Origin: Candidatus Micrarchaeota archaeon
Lineage (GTDB): Archaea; Micrarchaeota; Micrarchaeia; Norongarragalinales; Norongarragalinaceae
Direction of reading: 5' to 3'
Length of the DNA stretch: 41,144 bases
NCBI GenBank assembly: GCA_016207165.1
Contig: JACQQD010000002.1
Location: 1-41,144 of the forward strand
The notes beneath the pieces are model-generated. The model saw only the letters and a program-made list of their open reading frames with translations, was not told the origin of the DNA and searched no databases. This document shows positions 10,202-17,985 of this stretch, one piece after another; position 1 is the first letter of the stretch; each line of letters begins with the position of its first letter. The position numbers and the translations under genes were made by a program.

Positions 10202-12635
10202 AGGTTTTTCCCTCGACGTTGATTTCAGACTCGTAATCGGCGGCCGGGCCCAACAAGACGATTTCCAGGCCGTTGTTGTACAATGCTTCAATGGTGGCGG
10301 GTTGCAAGAGTTCCGGTTCGTGTTCAATCACGAAAATCGTGGGGTAGTCGCCTACGGTTTCCGTGGAGACGTCGTGGTAGGAAACCACGTCGACGCGCGG
10401 GAAATTGCTTTGCATGTCGGTCACGAATTGCTGTTCGTGGGGCGAGAGGTTCTGCGTGTCGTACACGACGAGCACGGCAACGGGGAATCCTTCGCCGAAG
10501 GTTTCAATGGGTTGCGGCGAAGGCGACGGAGTGGGGGATGGGCTGGCTTCGGGCGTCGGCGTGGCGTCGGCATCCAGTGCGCCTGGGTTGCACCAGAACT
10601 TGACTCCGAACAATTCCGCCACGCATTGGAAGTCTTCTTGCTGGCGTTCTTCGGGTATTTCAAGTCCTTGGCAGAACAAGCCCACCCCGCCTACTTTCAA
10701 GAAGCAGTCGCGGTGGCGGTCAATGCCTTCCTCGTCGATGGGCAACTGTTCGCAGAGAAAGTCGGCGCCTCCCAAGGAAATGGCGCAGTCGCGCGGCTCA
10801 GGAGTGTCCACGCAGGTGCCCATGTAGAAGACTGCAAAGCCGGCGCGTTGCGCCTGACAGGCGTTGGAGTACGTCTGGCCGTTGACGGCGCACACGGGGT
10901 CAAACACGTCGGAGCAGGGCGTGGGTTGAACGGAAGGCCGAATGCTGGGTCCAGGGGTGGAAGTGGGGAAAGCGGATGGAAACGGGGTTGGAGTGACGCT
11001 GGGCGCGGCCCGTGGAACGCAGATGGGGGCCACCGGGCAACCTTGGGCGTCGGTTTGGCCGTTCGGATACGTCAGTTCAGCGTTGATGCAGTCCGGCATG
11101 GCGATGGGCGGGCAAACCGGTGTTGGAGAAGGACTGGGGGACGGACGGGGAGAAGGAGTAGGAACGGCCGAGGGAGCGGTTTCAGGTTGGGGCGTTGGAG
11201 TTGAACCTCCACCGCCGCTTCCAAAGTTCTGGGACGTAGTGGAAAAGGTGAGTTGGGCCGTGGAGTTGCAGGCGTTCAACGTCGTGCAACTGGTGACGCG
11301 GTAATAGTACGGCGTGGCGATGGAGAGGCTGGATAAACCGAGGACTTGGGCGGCTTGGAACGCGGCGCTGGAGGCGACGAGGCCAAAAGTGGACGTGGTG
11401 CCGTAGCGCACTGAAGCGTTGGAAGACAGCGAAGTCGTCCACTCAATGGCGGCGGAAGCGTGGGAAATGGAGGTGGCCGCCACGGAAGTAAGCACCGGGA
11501 AGTAGACGACGAAGGTGGTGGCGGAAGTCAACGGCAGGGAGGCGTTGGCGTAGAAAGCCAGATGATCGGAGGAATTCACCACCAAGTTGTACGGCGTGTA
11601 ATTGGTTTGGTTGGTGCCGTAGACTTGGGATCCGTTCTGGAAGTATTCGGTGAGGTTCTGGGTGGTAAAGCCGGTGGCGTTGGAAGCCAAGCTGAAGTTG
11701 GCGGTGGCGGAACCAAATGACGAGAGGTTGGCGGTGAATCCAGCCAACGCGCCGCCGGTGTTGGAGACGTTGACGTGGACCGTCCAGTTGACGGTGATGT
11801 TGCTGGACGCGTTCTGGAACAGGAGGCTGGTCTTGTTGAAAATCACGTCATGCAAAAACAGGGGCGAGTTGCCGAGGAGCTGGAAATCGCTGTAATTGAC
11901 GCTGGACGTGTTGCCAGTGATGTTCAAGCCGGAGAGCCGGTTGTTGTTGCCCAGCAAGTCAAACACCATGGAGCGGTTGGAACTGTTGTAAATGGTGTCC
12001 TGCCAGAACAAGTTGCCGGTTGAAGACTGGTTCATGGAGACGCCGACGTAGTTGCGGTTCAAGTAGTTTCGGCTGAACGTGAAGTTCGTCACGTTGTCCA
12101 AGTCAAAGCCGCCGCTGGAGAAGGTTTGCTGGAGGACGTTGTCTTGGATGGTGTTGTTGGAAAGCGTGGCGTTGATGGAGCCGTCAAAGGCCAGGCCGTC
12201 GGTGAAAGAGTACGAGACGTTGGAGTGCGAGATGTTGCCGTTAAAAGCGGAGCTGATTTCCACGCCGACGGTGTTGTTGTACGACGTGAGGTTGAACACC
12301 GTCCAGTTCGTCACGTTGGTCAACCCGATGCCTTGATTAAAACCCTGGACCCGGCCGTTTTTTACGGTGAAGTTGATGACGTGGGAGGCGTTCACTGCGA
12401 TGGTGTTGGCCGTCAGGTTTCCGGTGACGGTGAATCCGTTCAGGTCCAACAGCACGTTGTTGGAGGTCACGTTGAGGCAGGTATAGTTTTGGATGGTTAG
12501 TGAACCGGTGAGTACGTAGGTTCCGGCCGCTGAAATCGTGTTGCAGGCGGAGACGTCCACGGCGTGAACCGGAGGAGACAAAAGTAAACCAAAAACCAGG
12601 GCCAATAAAGCCAGTGCGGGCCTCGTTTGATGCAT
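10188..12635 (-). CDS. Secreted multidomain surface protein: parallel beta-helix (NosD/PbH1-like), FN3, Pro/Thr linker, Kazal-like module, three Cys hairpins
   Basis: Signal peptide ending PVHA; Asn-rich beta-helix repeats; FN3-type IEWTT...VRYG...YYYRVTS; Kazal-like CSDVFDPVCAVNGQTYSNAC...YMGTC at 10812-10916; many N-x-S/T sequons. Confidence 0.85.
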   Translation of the reverse strand: MHQTRPALALLALVFGLLLSPPVHAVDVSACNTISAAGTYVLTGSLTIQNYTCLNVTSNNVLLDLNGFTVTGNLTANTIAVNASHVINFTVKNGRVQGFNQGIGLTNVTNWTVFNLTSYNNTVGVEISSAFNGNISHSNVSYSFTDGLAFDGSINATLSNNTIQDNVLQQTFSSGGFDLDNVTNFTFSRNYLNRNYVGVSMNQSSTGNLFWQDTIYNSSNRSMVFDLLGNNNRLSGLNITGNTSSVNYSDFQLLGNSPLFLHDVIFNKTSLLFQNASSNITVNWTVHVNVSNTGGALAGFTANLSSFGSATANFSLASNATGFTTQNLTEYFQNGSQVYGTNQTNYTPYNLVVNSSDHLAFYANASLPLTSATTFVVYFPVLTSVAATSISHASAAIEWTTSLSSNASVRYGTTSTFGLVASSAAFQAAQVLGLSSLSIATPYYYRVTSCTTLNACNSTAQLTFSTTSQNFGSGGGGSTPTPQPETAPSAVPTPSPRPSPSPSPTPVCPPIAMPDCINAELTYPNGQTDAQGCPVAPICVPRAAPSVTPTPFPSAFPTSTPGPSIRPSVQPTPCSDVFDPVCAVNGQTYSNACQAQRAGFAVFYMGTCVDTPEPRDCAISLGGADFLCEQLPIDEEGIDRHRDCFLKVGGVGLFCQGLEIPEERQQEDFQCVAELFGVKFWCNPGALDADATPTPEASPSPTPSPSPQPIETFGEGFPVAVLVVYDTQNLSPHEQQFVTDMQSNFPRVDVVSYHDVSTETVGDYPTIFVIEHEPELLQPATIEALYNNGLEIVLLGPAADYESEINVEGKTYELN

Positions 12636-12654
12636 TCGTGGGTCTTAATTCAAA

Positions 12655-12682
12655 CGGAAAACACCTTAAAAAGCGTTTTCCG
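12655..12682 (-). promoter_or_regulatory. TATA box (TTTTTAAG on minus, 12665-12672) inside an 8-bp inverted repeat
   Basis: CGGAAAAC (12655-12662) and GTTTTCCG (12675-12682) flank the box, about 30 bp upstream of ATG 12635. Confidence 0.5.
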
Positions 12683-12830
12683 CCATGTTTTGAGTTGCGC
12701 GTAAAACGAGCCCCCTCGGTGCGGACCCACGAATTCCAAAGGAATGGGTCCGAAATCTCGGGACCCATTTTTTGGCTTGCTATACGTTCCGGATTGCTGC
12801 ATTTTTAAGTTCGGGACCCAGAAGGCTTTC

Positions 12831-13395
12831 ATGCGAATCATTGAAGACCGAAACGTCTTGGACGCGTTTTGCATGGACTTTTGTCGGGTCCTGGAACGTC
12901 ACACCCGGTACATCGTAGTTTCCGGTTTCTTGGCGATTTCATCCGGACGGACTCGGGGAACCGAAGACATTGACGTGATTTTGGAGAGGCTTGATGAAGA
13001 AAAGTTCAAAGGCTTGCACCAAGACCTCGTGAAAAACGGTTTTGAATGCATTCAAGGAGAAAAAAATGAGACCCTGTTCTCCGACTACCTGGAAGAAAAT
13101 CTAAGCTTGCGTTACGTTCGGAAGGGGCATCTATTGCCTGAAATGGAAGTCAAGCTGGCCAAAGACGTTTTTGGACGAACACCAGTTGGAAAGCCGGGTG
13201 AAACTGCCCTTGACCGACGTGGACGTCTGGTTCGGGGACGTCAACATCAACATCGCCTTCAAGGAAGAGTTGCTGAAATCCGAAAAAGACGTGGAAGACG
13301 CCCGTCACCTGCGAGCCGTTTTTTCAGACCAGGTTGACGAAAACAAGATTAACGGCACCAAACATTTAATCCACCAGTGGCGGTTGAAGACATGA
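12831..13395 (+). pseudogene. Nucleotidyltransferase-fold protein (AbiEii/DUF6036-like), split by a one-base frameshift
   Basis: Motif IVVSG...GRTRGTEDIDV. The frame changes at the T5 run 13168-13172; removing one T gives ...LAKDVLDEHQLESRVKL...KDVEDARHL. TTTTTAAG at 12802-12809 supports ATG 12831. Confidence 0.75.
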
Positions 13396-13610
13396 ACCCT
13401 GAACGCATCCAACAAATCGACCGGTGGGCCCAGTACGTCAAAAAAAGCAGGGGCGCCTGGAAAAAGGAGCACACCGCGTTTATCAACGCCCAGTTTGAAA
13501 AATCGGAAGCGTTCTACCGGCGATTGGCCCAAACGCCTGGCGGAAAACAGAAAATCAACAACCTTTTCGGAATCAAGAACCTTAACGCCGTGCCCTTTTT
13601 GAAATCGTAG
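13392..13610 (+). CDS. Small basic helical protein coupled to the nucleotidyltransferase (possible partner or antitoxin)
   Basis: ATGA overlap at 13392-13395; MNPERIQQIDRWAQYVKKSRGAWKKEHTAFINAQF... Confidence 0.7.
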   Translation: MNPERIQQIDRWAQYVKKSRGAWKKEHTAFINAQFEKSEAFYRRLAQTPGGKQKINNLFGIKNLNAVPFLKS

Positions 13611-13687
13611 ACGACGTGGCTTTCCTCATGCGTCGCAAAACCGGGGCAGCGATCGCCTAAATAAACCAAAAAAACCATCCGGAATCC

Positions 13688-14026
13688 ATGAACACGGCTA
13701 CTTGGCAGGATTTCGAGAAAATCGATTTGCGCATCGGAAAAGTGGTCCGGGTGGAGGACTTTCCAGAGGCCCGAAAGCCGGCGTACAAGGTGTGGGTGGA
13801 TTTGGGGCCACAACTCGGCGTCAAACAATCCAGCGCCCAAATCACGGAAGTCTACTCGAACAAGGAGGAACTCGTCGGAAAGTAAGTCATCTGCGTTGTG
13901 AACTTTGCCCCCAAGCAAATCGGGCATTTTGTCTCGGAAGTGCTGGTCATGGGTTCGTACAGCGAGGCAGGCGTCGTGCTTTTAAAGCCGGATTTCGTGG
14001 TGAAAGAAGGTGACAGAATTGGCTGA
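13688..14026 (+). pseudogene. csaA: CsaA/Trbp111-type OB-fold tRNA-binding and export chaperone with an internal TAA
   Basis: DFEKIDLRIGKVVRVEDFPEARKPAYK...SSAQIT...ELVGK*VICVVNFAPKQIGHFVSEVLVMG...GDRIG*. The in-frame TAA is at 13883-13885 and the family sequence continues in frame to TGA 14024-14026. Confidence 0.88.
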
Positions 14027-14555
14027 CGAAACAGAAAGCGCGAACCCGTTGCCTTTAGACGCCGAGCACGGCCCTGCGCCCATTGAATCGCACGTGTCGG
14101 ACTCCAACCCCTTGCCTTCCCAGGAAAGTATGCAAGCCCAGAACGTCGTGATCACGGACCCGGCGGATTCCAATCCTTTGCCGGAAAGCCAGTCGCAAAA
14201 AGCGGTTTCCGCGGCACAAGACGACTCGTTGATTCCGGCGGTTGGGTACTTCGTGCCCATCGTGGCGTTGATTGGATTGGTGGGCCAAAACAATAAAGCC
14301 AAGTTTCACGGAATGCAGTCGCTTCTGTATTGGTTGTTTGTAGGCGTCCTGTACTTGCCGGTGTTGATTTTGACCGGGGTATTGGGTATTTCCGGTTTGG
14401 GCCTGGTGGCCACGTTGCTGTTCGTCGTCTACCTCTTGGGATTCATCATCGTCGTGCCGTTGTATCTGGCGTTCAGGACGCACCAGGGCCAAGACGTCCG
14501 CCTGCCGGTGATTGGGAATTTCGTCGCCGAAAAAGTCGGGTACAACCCACGTTAA
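14019..14555 (+). CDS. DUF4870-like membrane protein with an acidic N-terminal tail carrying three NPLP repeats
   Basis: AVGYFVPIVALIG...KFHGMQSL...GQDVRLPVIGNF. The start is uncertain (TTG 14019 or GTG 14010). Confidence 0.75.
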   Translation: MADETESANPLPLDAEHGPAPIESHVSDSNPLPSQESMQAQNVVITDPADSNPLPESQSQKAVSAAQDDSLIPAVGYFVPIVALIGLVGQNNKAKFHGMQSLLYWLFVGVLYLPVLILTGVLGISGLGLVATLLFVVYLLGFIIVVPLYLAFRTHQGQDVRLPVIGNFVAEKVGYNPR

Positions 14556-14565
14556 GCCCCTAAAG

Positions 14566-14582
14566 CCCGTTTTAAAAACGGG
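14566..14582 (+). promoter_or_regulatory. glyS TATA box within the palindrome CCCGTTTTAAAAACGGG
   Basis: TTTTAAAA at 14570-14577, about 27 bp upstream of ATG 14605. Confidence 0.55.
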
Positions 14583-14604
14583 TTCGGCCAAAAACGGTTA
14601 GTCC

Positions 14605-16095
14605 ATGGTTAGCAAGGAATCCAAAACCCAGGCCGTCATCAACTTGTGCCAGCGGCGCGGATTCGTTTTTCCGGCGGGCGACTTGTACGGCTCGTTTGCC
14701 GGATTCTTTGATTACGGGCCGCTGGGAGTGGAACTCAAGCGCAACGTACAAGCCAGTTGGTGGAACCGTTTCGTGTTGGGCCGAGAAGACATGCTGGGAT
14801 TGGATGGCGCCGTTCTGACGCATCCCCGCATCTGGAAGGCGTCGGGGCACGTGGACGCATTCAACGACCCGCTCGTTCAATGTAAAAAATGCAAGCACCG
14901 CTTCCGCGCCGACCACCTCATTGAAGAAGAACTCAAGGAAAGCGTGGACGGCATTTCCGAGGAAAAACTCAACGCGTTTCTTTCCGAGCACAAGCTGGTT
15001 TGCCCGGACTGCAAGGGAGCGCTTTCGGAAGCCAAGAACTTCAACTTAATGTTCAAAACGTCCGTCGGCGCCACGGAAGACAATTACGCGTACTTGCGTC
15101 CGGAAACCGCTCAAGTCATCTTCACCAACTTCAAGTACCTCCACCAGATCGGGCGCAAGCAATTACCGTTCGGCATCGCGCAAGCCGGCCGGTCTTTCCG
15201 CAATGAAATCTCGCCCCGCAACTTCGTTTTCAGAGGAAGGGAATTCGAGCAAATGGAAATCGAGTTTTTTGTGCATCCCGACAAACTGGATGACTGCCCC
15301 GACTTTGATGCGGTATCCAAACGAAAAGCCTTGTTCTGCACGGAAAAACACCAAAAAGACGGCGAAGACGGACAAAAAATGACGTTCGGAGATGCTATCA
15401 AGAAGAAAATCGTTCAAACGAAGTGGCATGCGTACTGGCTTGCGGAAGCCTTGGACTGGTTCGCGTCCCTCGGCCTCACAAAACTCCGCCTCCGCCAGCA
15501 CCGCTCCGACGAACTGTCGCATTACGCGAAAGAGACGTGGGACGTGGAATACGATTACCCGGAATGGGGCTGGAAGGAACTCATGGGAATTGCCAACCGA
15601 ACGGATTTTGACCTCAAACAGCATTCCAAGGAATCCGGCAAAGAGCTTGCCGTGTTTGACGAATCCACGAAACAGAAAGTCGTGCCGCACGTGATCGAGC
15701 CGTCGTTTGGCTTGGACCGCCTGTTGTTCACGTTGCTGTTGGACGCGTTCACGGAGAAAAAGGGGAAAGACGACTCCGGAAAAGAGGAAACAAAAGTTTT
15801 ACTCAAGCTCCACGAATCCATTGCCCCCGTGCCCTTAGCCGTTTTCCCGCTCATGAAGAAAGACGGGTTGGCGGAAAAAGCCTGGGAAATCTACGTGAAA
15901 CTCAAGAAACAAAACCCGGCCATTGTTTACGATGAATCCGGTTCCATCGGCAAACGCTACGCGCGCATGGATGAAGCCGGAACCCCGAAATGCGTGACCG
16001 TCGACCACCAGACATTGCAAGACGGCACCGTCACCATCCGGGACCGGGATTCCGGAGAACAAAAACGCGTCAAATCCGATTCAATAAAGACATAA
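14605..16095 (+). CDS. glyS: Glycine--tRNA ligase (archaeal/eukaryote-type alpha2)
   Basis: FFDYGPLG, WKASGHV, YLRPETAQ, FRNEISPR, REFEQMEIEFF, IEPSFGLDR, GSIGKRYARMDEAGTP. Confidence 0.98.
   Translation: MVSKESKTQAVINLCQRRGFVFPAGDLYGSFAGFFDYGPLGVELKRNVQASWWNRFVLGREDMLGLDGAVLTHPRIWKASGHVDAFNDPLVQCKKCKHRFRADHLIEEELKESVDGISEEKLNAFLSEHKLVCPDCKGALSEAKNFNLMFKTSVGATEDNYAYLRPETAQVIFTNFKYLHQIGRKQLPFGIAQAGRSFRNEISPRNFVFRGREFEQMEIEFFVHPDKLDDCPDFDAVSKRKALFCTEKHQKDGEDGQKMTFGDAIKKKIVQTKWHAYWLAEALDWFASLGLTKLRLRQHRSDELSHYAKETWDVEYDYPEWGWKELMGIANRTDFDLKQHSKESGKELAVFDESTKQKVVPHVIEPSFGLDRLLFTLLLDAFTEKKGKDDSGKEETKVLLKLHESIAPVPLAVFPLMKKDGLAEKAWEIYVKLKKQNPAIVYDESGSIGKRYARMDEAGTPKCVTVDHQTLQDGTVTIRDRDSGEQKRVKSDSIKT
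16018..16071 (+). repeat. glyS 3'-end segment, source of two downstream copies
   Basis: GACGGCACCGTCACC is shared with both copies; CCGGGATTCCGGAGAACAAAAACGCGTC at 16044-16071 is identical to 17606-17633. Confidence 0.9.
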
Positions 16096-16104
16096 TAAAA
16101 ACAC

Positions 16105-16133
16105 GAGCCCCCCCGCAGGACGGCACCGTCACC
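16105..16133 (+). repeat. Left direct repeat (decayed glyS 3'-end copy)
   Basis: GAGCCCCCCCGCAGGACGGCACCGTCACC matches 17576-17603 except for one extra C. Confidence 0.88.
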
Positions 16134-16293
16134 TTGAGAGAAACTGGACAACGGAAAAAAAAGGCGTACCTGACTTGAAGAAGCCTCGAACCCACAAATC
16201 GCATCGTAATGGATAAATTTATATACTTTTAACCACTATAATAATGATATCCTCCTTGGCCTAAAGCCGGCGGTATCTCGACCCAAAGGGAAA

Positions 16294-17553
16294 ATGAACA
16301 TGTTGCGTGACGTCATTCTGAAGCAAAAAAGCGAACTGGAAGCCAAAAGAAAAAACACGTACATTCCGCGGGACGCAAAAATCAAAGGACTCGACTCAGA
16401 CATCGTCAAAGTCATCACCGGACCCCGGCGAGCCGGAAAATCCTCCTTCGCGATAAACTCCATAAAAGAAAAATTCGGTTACGCTAATTTTGACGACGAA
16501 CACCTCACAGAAATACAAGACTACGACGAACTCGTTGCCACAATCGACAGTGTTTACGACAACCCGAAAACGATATTCTTTGACGAAATACAAAACCTCC
16601 CCAAGTGGGAATTGTTCGTCAACCGCCTCCAACGGCACGAAAAAAACATCATCCTGACGGGCAGCAACGCCAACCTTTTGAGTAACGAGCTTTCCACCCA
16701 CCTTACGGGAAGGTATTTTGAGACCAGAATCTACCCCTTCTCGTTCAAAGAAATAACGCCAAACGCCGAAAACCTGCCCGCCAGCGAAATCAAGAAGAAA
16801 TTCGACGAATTTCTGATGCAGGGAGGCTATCCGGAGCCGTACGTAAAAAAACTGGATGTCTCCGAATACCTCAAAACGCTTTTCGAAGCAACCGTATACA
16901 AGGACGTGATCAAACGATACCGGATACGAAAAACCAGCGAGTTGGAAGCCATCGCCGACTTCCTCCTGGCCAACATCGCAAGCCAGACCTCGTTCAACCA
17001 AATCGCGAAAAGCCTCGGGTTGAAAAGCGCCGAAACCGTGAAAAAATACTGCAGGATTTTGGAGGAAACCATGGTTTTCTTCACCGTGAAAAGATTCTCC
17101 TACAAGCTGAAAGAGCAGGAAGCGGAAACGAAAAAAACCTACTGCATCGACAACGGCTTTTTCAAAGCCAAGGCGTTCTCCACCAGCCAAAACTTCGGCA
17201 AACTATACGAAAACCTCGTGGCCTCGGAATTGAAAAAAAGAGAAACCGAACAAAACGCAAGAACGTATTACTGGAAAAACCAACAGCAGGAAGAAGTGGA
17301 CTTCGCGGTAAAAAAAGGGGACAAAATAACGCAACTCATCCAAGTGTGCTACTCGCTTGAAAACAAGAAAACACAAGAACGCGAAACGCGGGCCCTTCTG
17401 AAAGCCGGGAAAGAATTAGACTGCCCAAACCTGCTTTTGTTGACCGCAAACGTGGAAAAAACCGAGGAGAAAGAATGGTTCGGAACCAAGGGAACAATAA
17501 AATACCAGCCCGTCTGGAAATGGCTCCTGGAAAGCGAATCCAAAACACCATGA
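16294..17553 (+). CDS. AAA+ ATPase (AAA_14) with a C-terminal DUF4143-like domain
   Basis: Walker A GPRRAGKS, Walker B IFFDEIQ, LTGS, GGYPE, ENLVA, EEVDF...IQVC. Visibly A-rich compared with its neighbours; TTTATATA at 16218-16225. Confidence 0.93.
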   Translation: MNMLRDVILKQKSELEAKRKNTYIPRDAKIKGLDSDIVKVITGPRRAGKSSFAINSIKEKFGYANFDDEHLTEIQDYDELVATIDSVYDNPKTIFFDEIQNLPKWELFVNRLQRHEKNIILTGSNANLLSNELSTHLTGRYFETRIYPFSFKEITPNAENLPASEIKKKFDEFLMQGGYPEPYVKKLDVSEYLKTLFEATVYKDVIKRYRIRKTSELEAIADFLLANIASQTSFNQIAKSLGLKSAETVKKYCRILEETMVFFTVKRFSYKLKEQEAETKKTYCIDNGFFKAKAFSTSQNFGKLYENLVASELKKRETEQNARTYYWKNQQQEEVDFAVKKGDKITQLIQVCYSLENKKTQERETRALLKAGKELDCPNLLLLTANVEKTEEKEWFGTKGTIKYQPVWKWLLESESKTP

Positions 17554-17565
17554 CACCCCGACCGC

Positions 17566-17660
17566 TGGACCGCCAGAGCCCCCCGCAGGACGGCACCGTC
17601 ACCCTCCGGGATTCCGGAGAACAAAAACGCGTCCAAGCCAAAAAGATGAACGTGGTTTGA
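17566..17660 (+). repeat. Right direct repeat: decayed alternative glyS C-terminal coding segment
   Basis: Translates as DRQSPPQDGTVTLRDSGEQKRVQAKKMNVV*, compared with GlyRS DHQTLQDGTVTIRDRDSGEQKRVKSDSIKT*. Confidence 0.88.
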
Positions 17661-17666
17661 ACGGTC

Positions 17667-17975
17667 ATGGAAGCCTGCATCCTCTGCAAACAAACCCACG
17701 CACCCGCCGAAGGCCACTGCCAACGCCTGATGGAATTAGAGAGGCGTCTCAATGAAATCGACGGATTGAACAAGGCCAAATTCCAGGCGCTGCCGCCGCG
17801 CCATCAACAAGACATGCATGAGGAAGTCGGACGCACCGCGCGCGAACTGGATGGAATGAGATCAGGCGAACTGCATCCCAGGGCGCGGGGGAAAGCGGAG
17901 GCCCTCCGGCGCCTGGCCGGCCTCTTGATTGCCTGGACCGCAGAATTTCGCACGCGCGAGCCCTCGCTACGCTGA
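17667..17975 (+). CDS. Hypothetical protein with an N-terminal C-x2-C-x3-H-x6-C motif
   Basis: MEACILCKQTHAPAEGHC followed by helical sequence; it fills the gap up to the convergent gene. Confidence 0.5.
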   Translation: MEACILCKQTHAPAEGHCQRLMELERRLNEIDGLNKAKFQALPPRHQQDMHEEVGRTARELDGMRSGELHPRARGKAEALRRLAGLLIAWTAEFRTREPSLR

Positions 17976-17985
17976 AGGCGTGGCG

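Noticed and set aside
10202-10327. N-terminal extensions in the ORF track (also 27024-27077, 33818-33844 and 12744-12830)
   Set aside because: They overlap upstream genes or non-coding elements; downstream starts give proper signal peptides or TATA spacing.
12770-12800. TTGCTATA and GGATTGCT as a third copy of the twin-hairpin element
   Set aside because: Only two short matches, without the complementary arms or the correct spacing.
13883-13885. TAA reassignment or alternative genetic code
   Set aside because: TAA terminates conserved genes normally (glyS, nac, the NSS transporter); only one gene is affected.
16018-17660. glyS-end repeats as a diversity-generating retroelement TR/VR pair
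   Set aside because: Some differences are at adenines, but indels and non-A changes are present, the repeats are short, and no reverse transcriptase is in the window.
17667-17975. Immunity gene for the kinase-tipped protein
   Set aside because: It is convergent rather than co-transcribed, with no supporting motif; it cannot be excluded but is unsupported.
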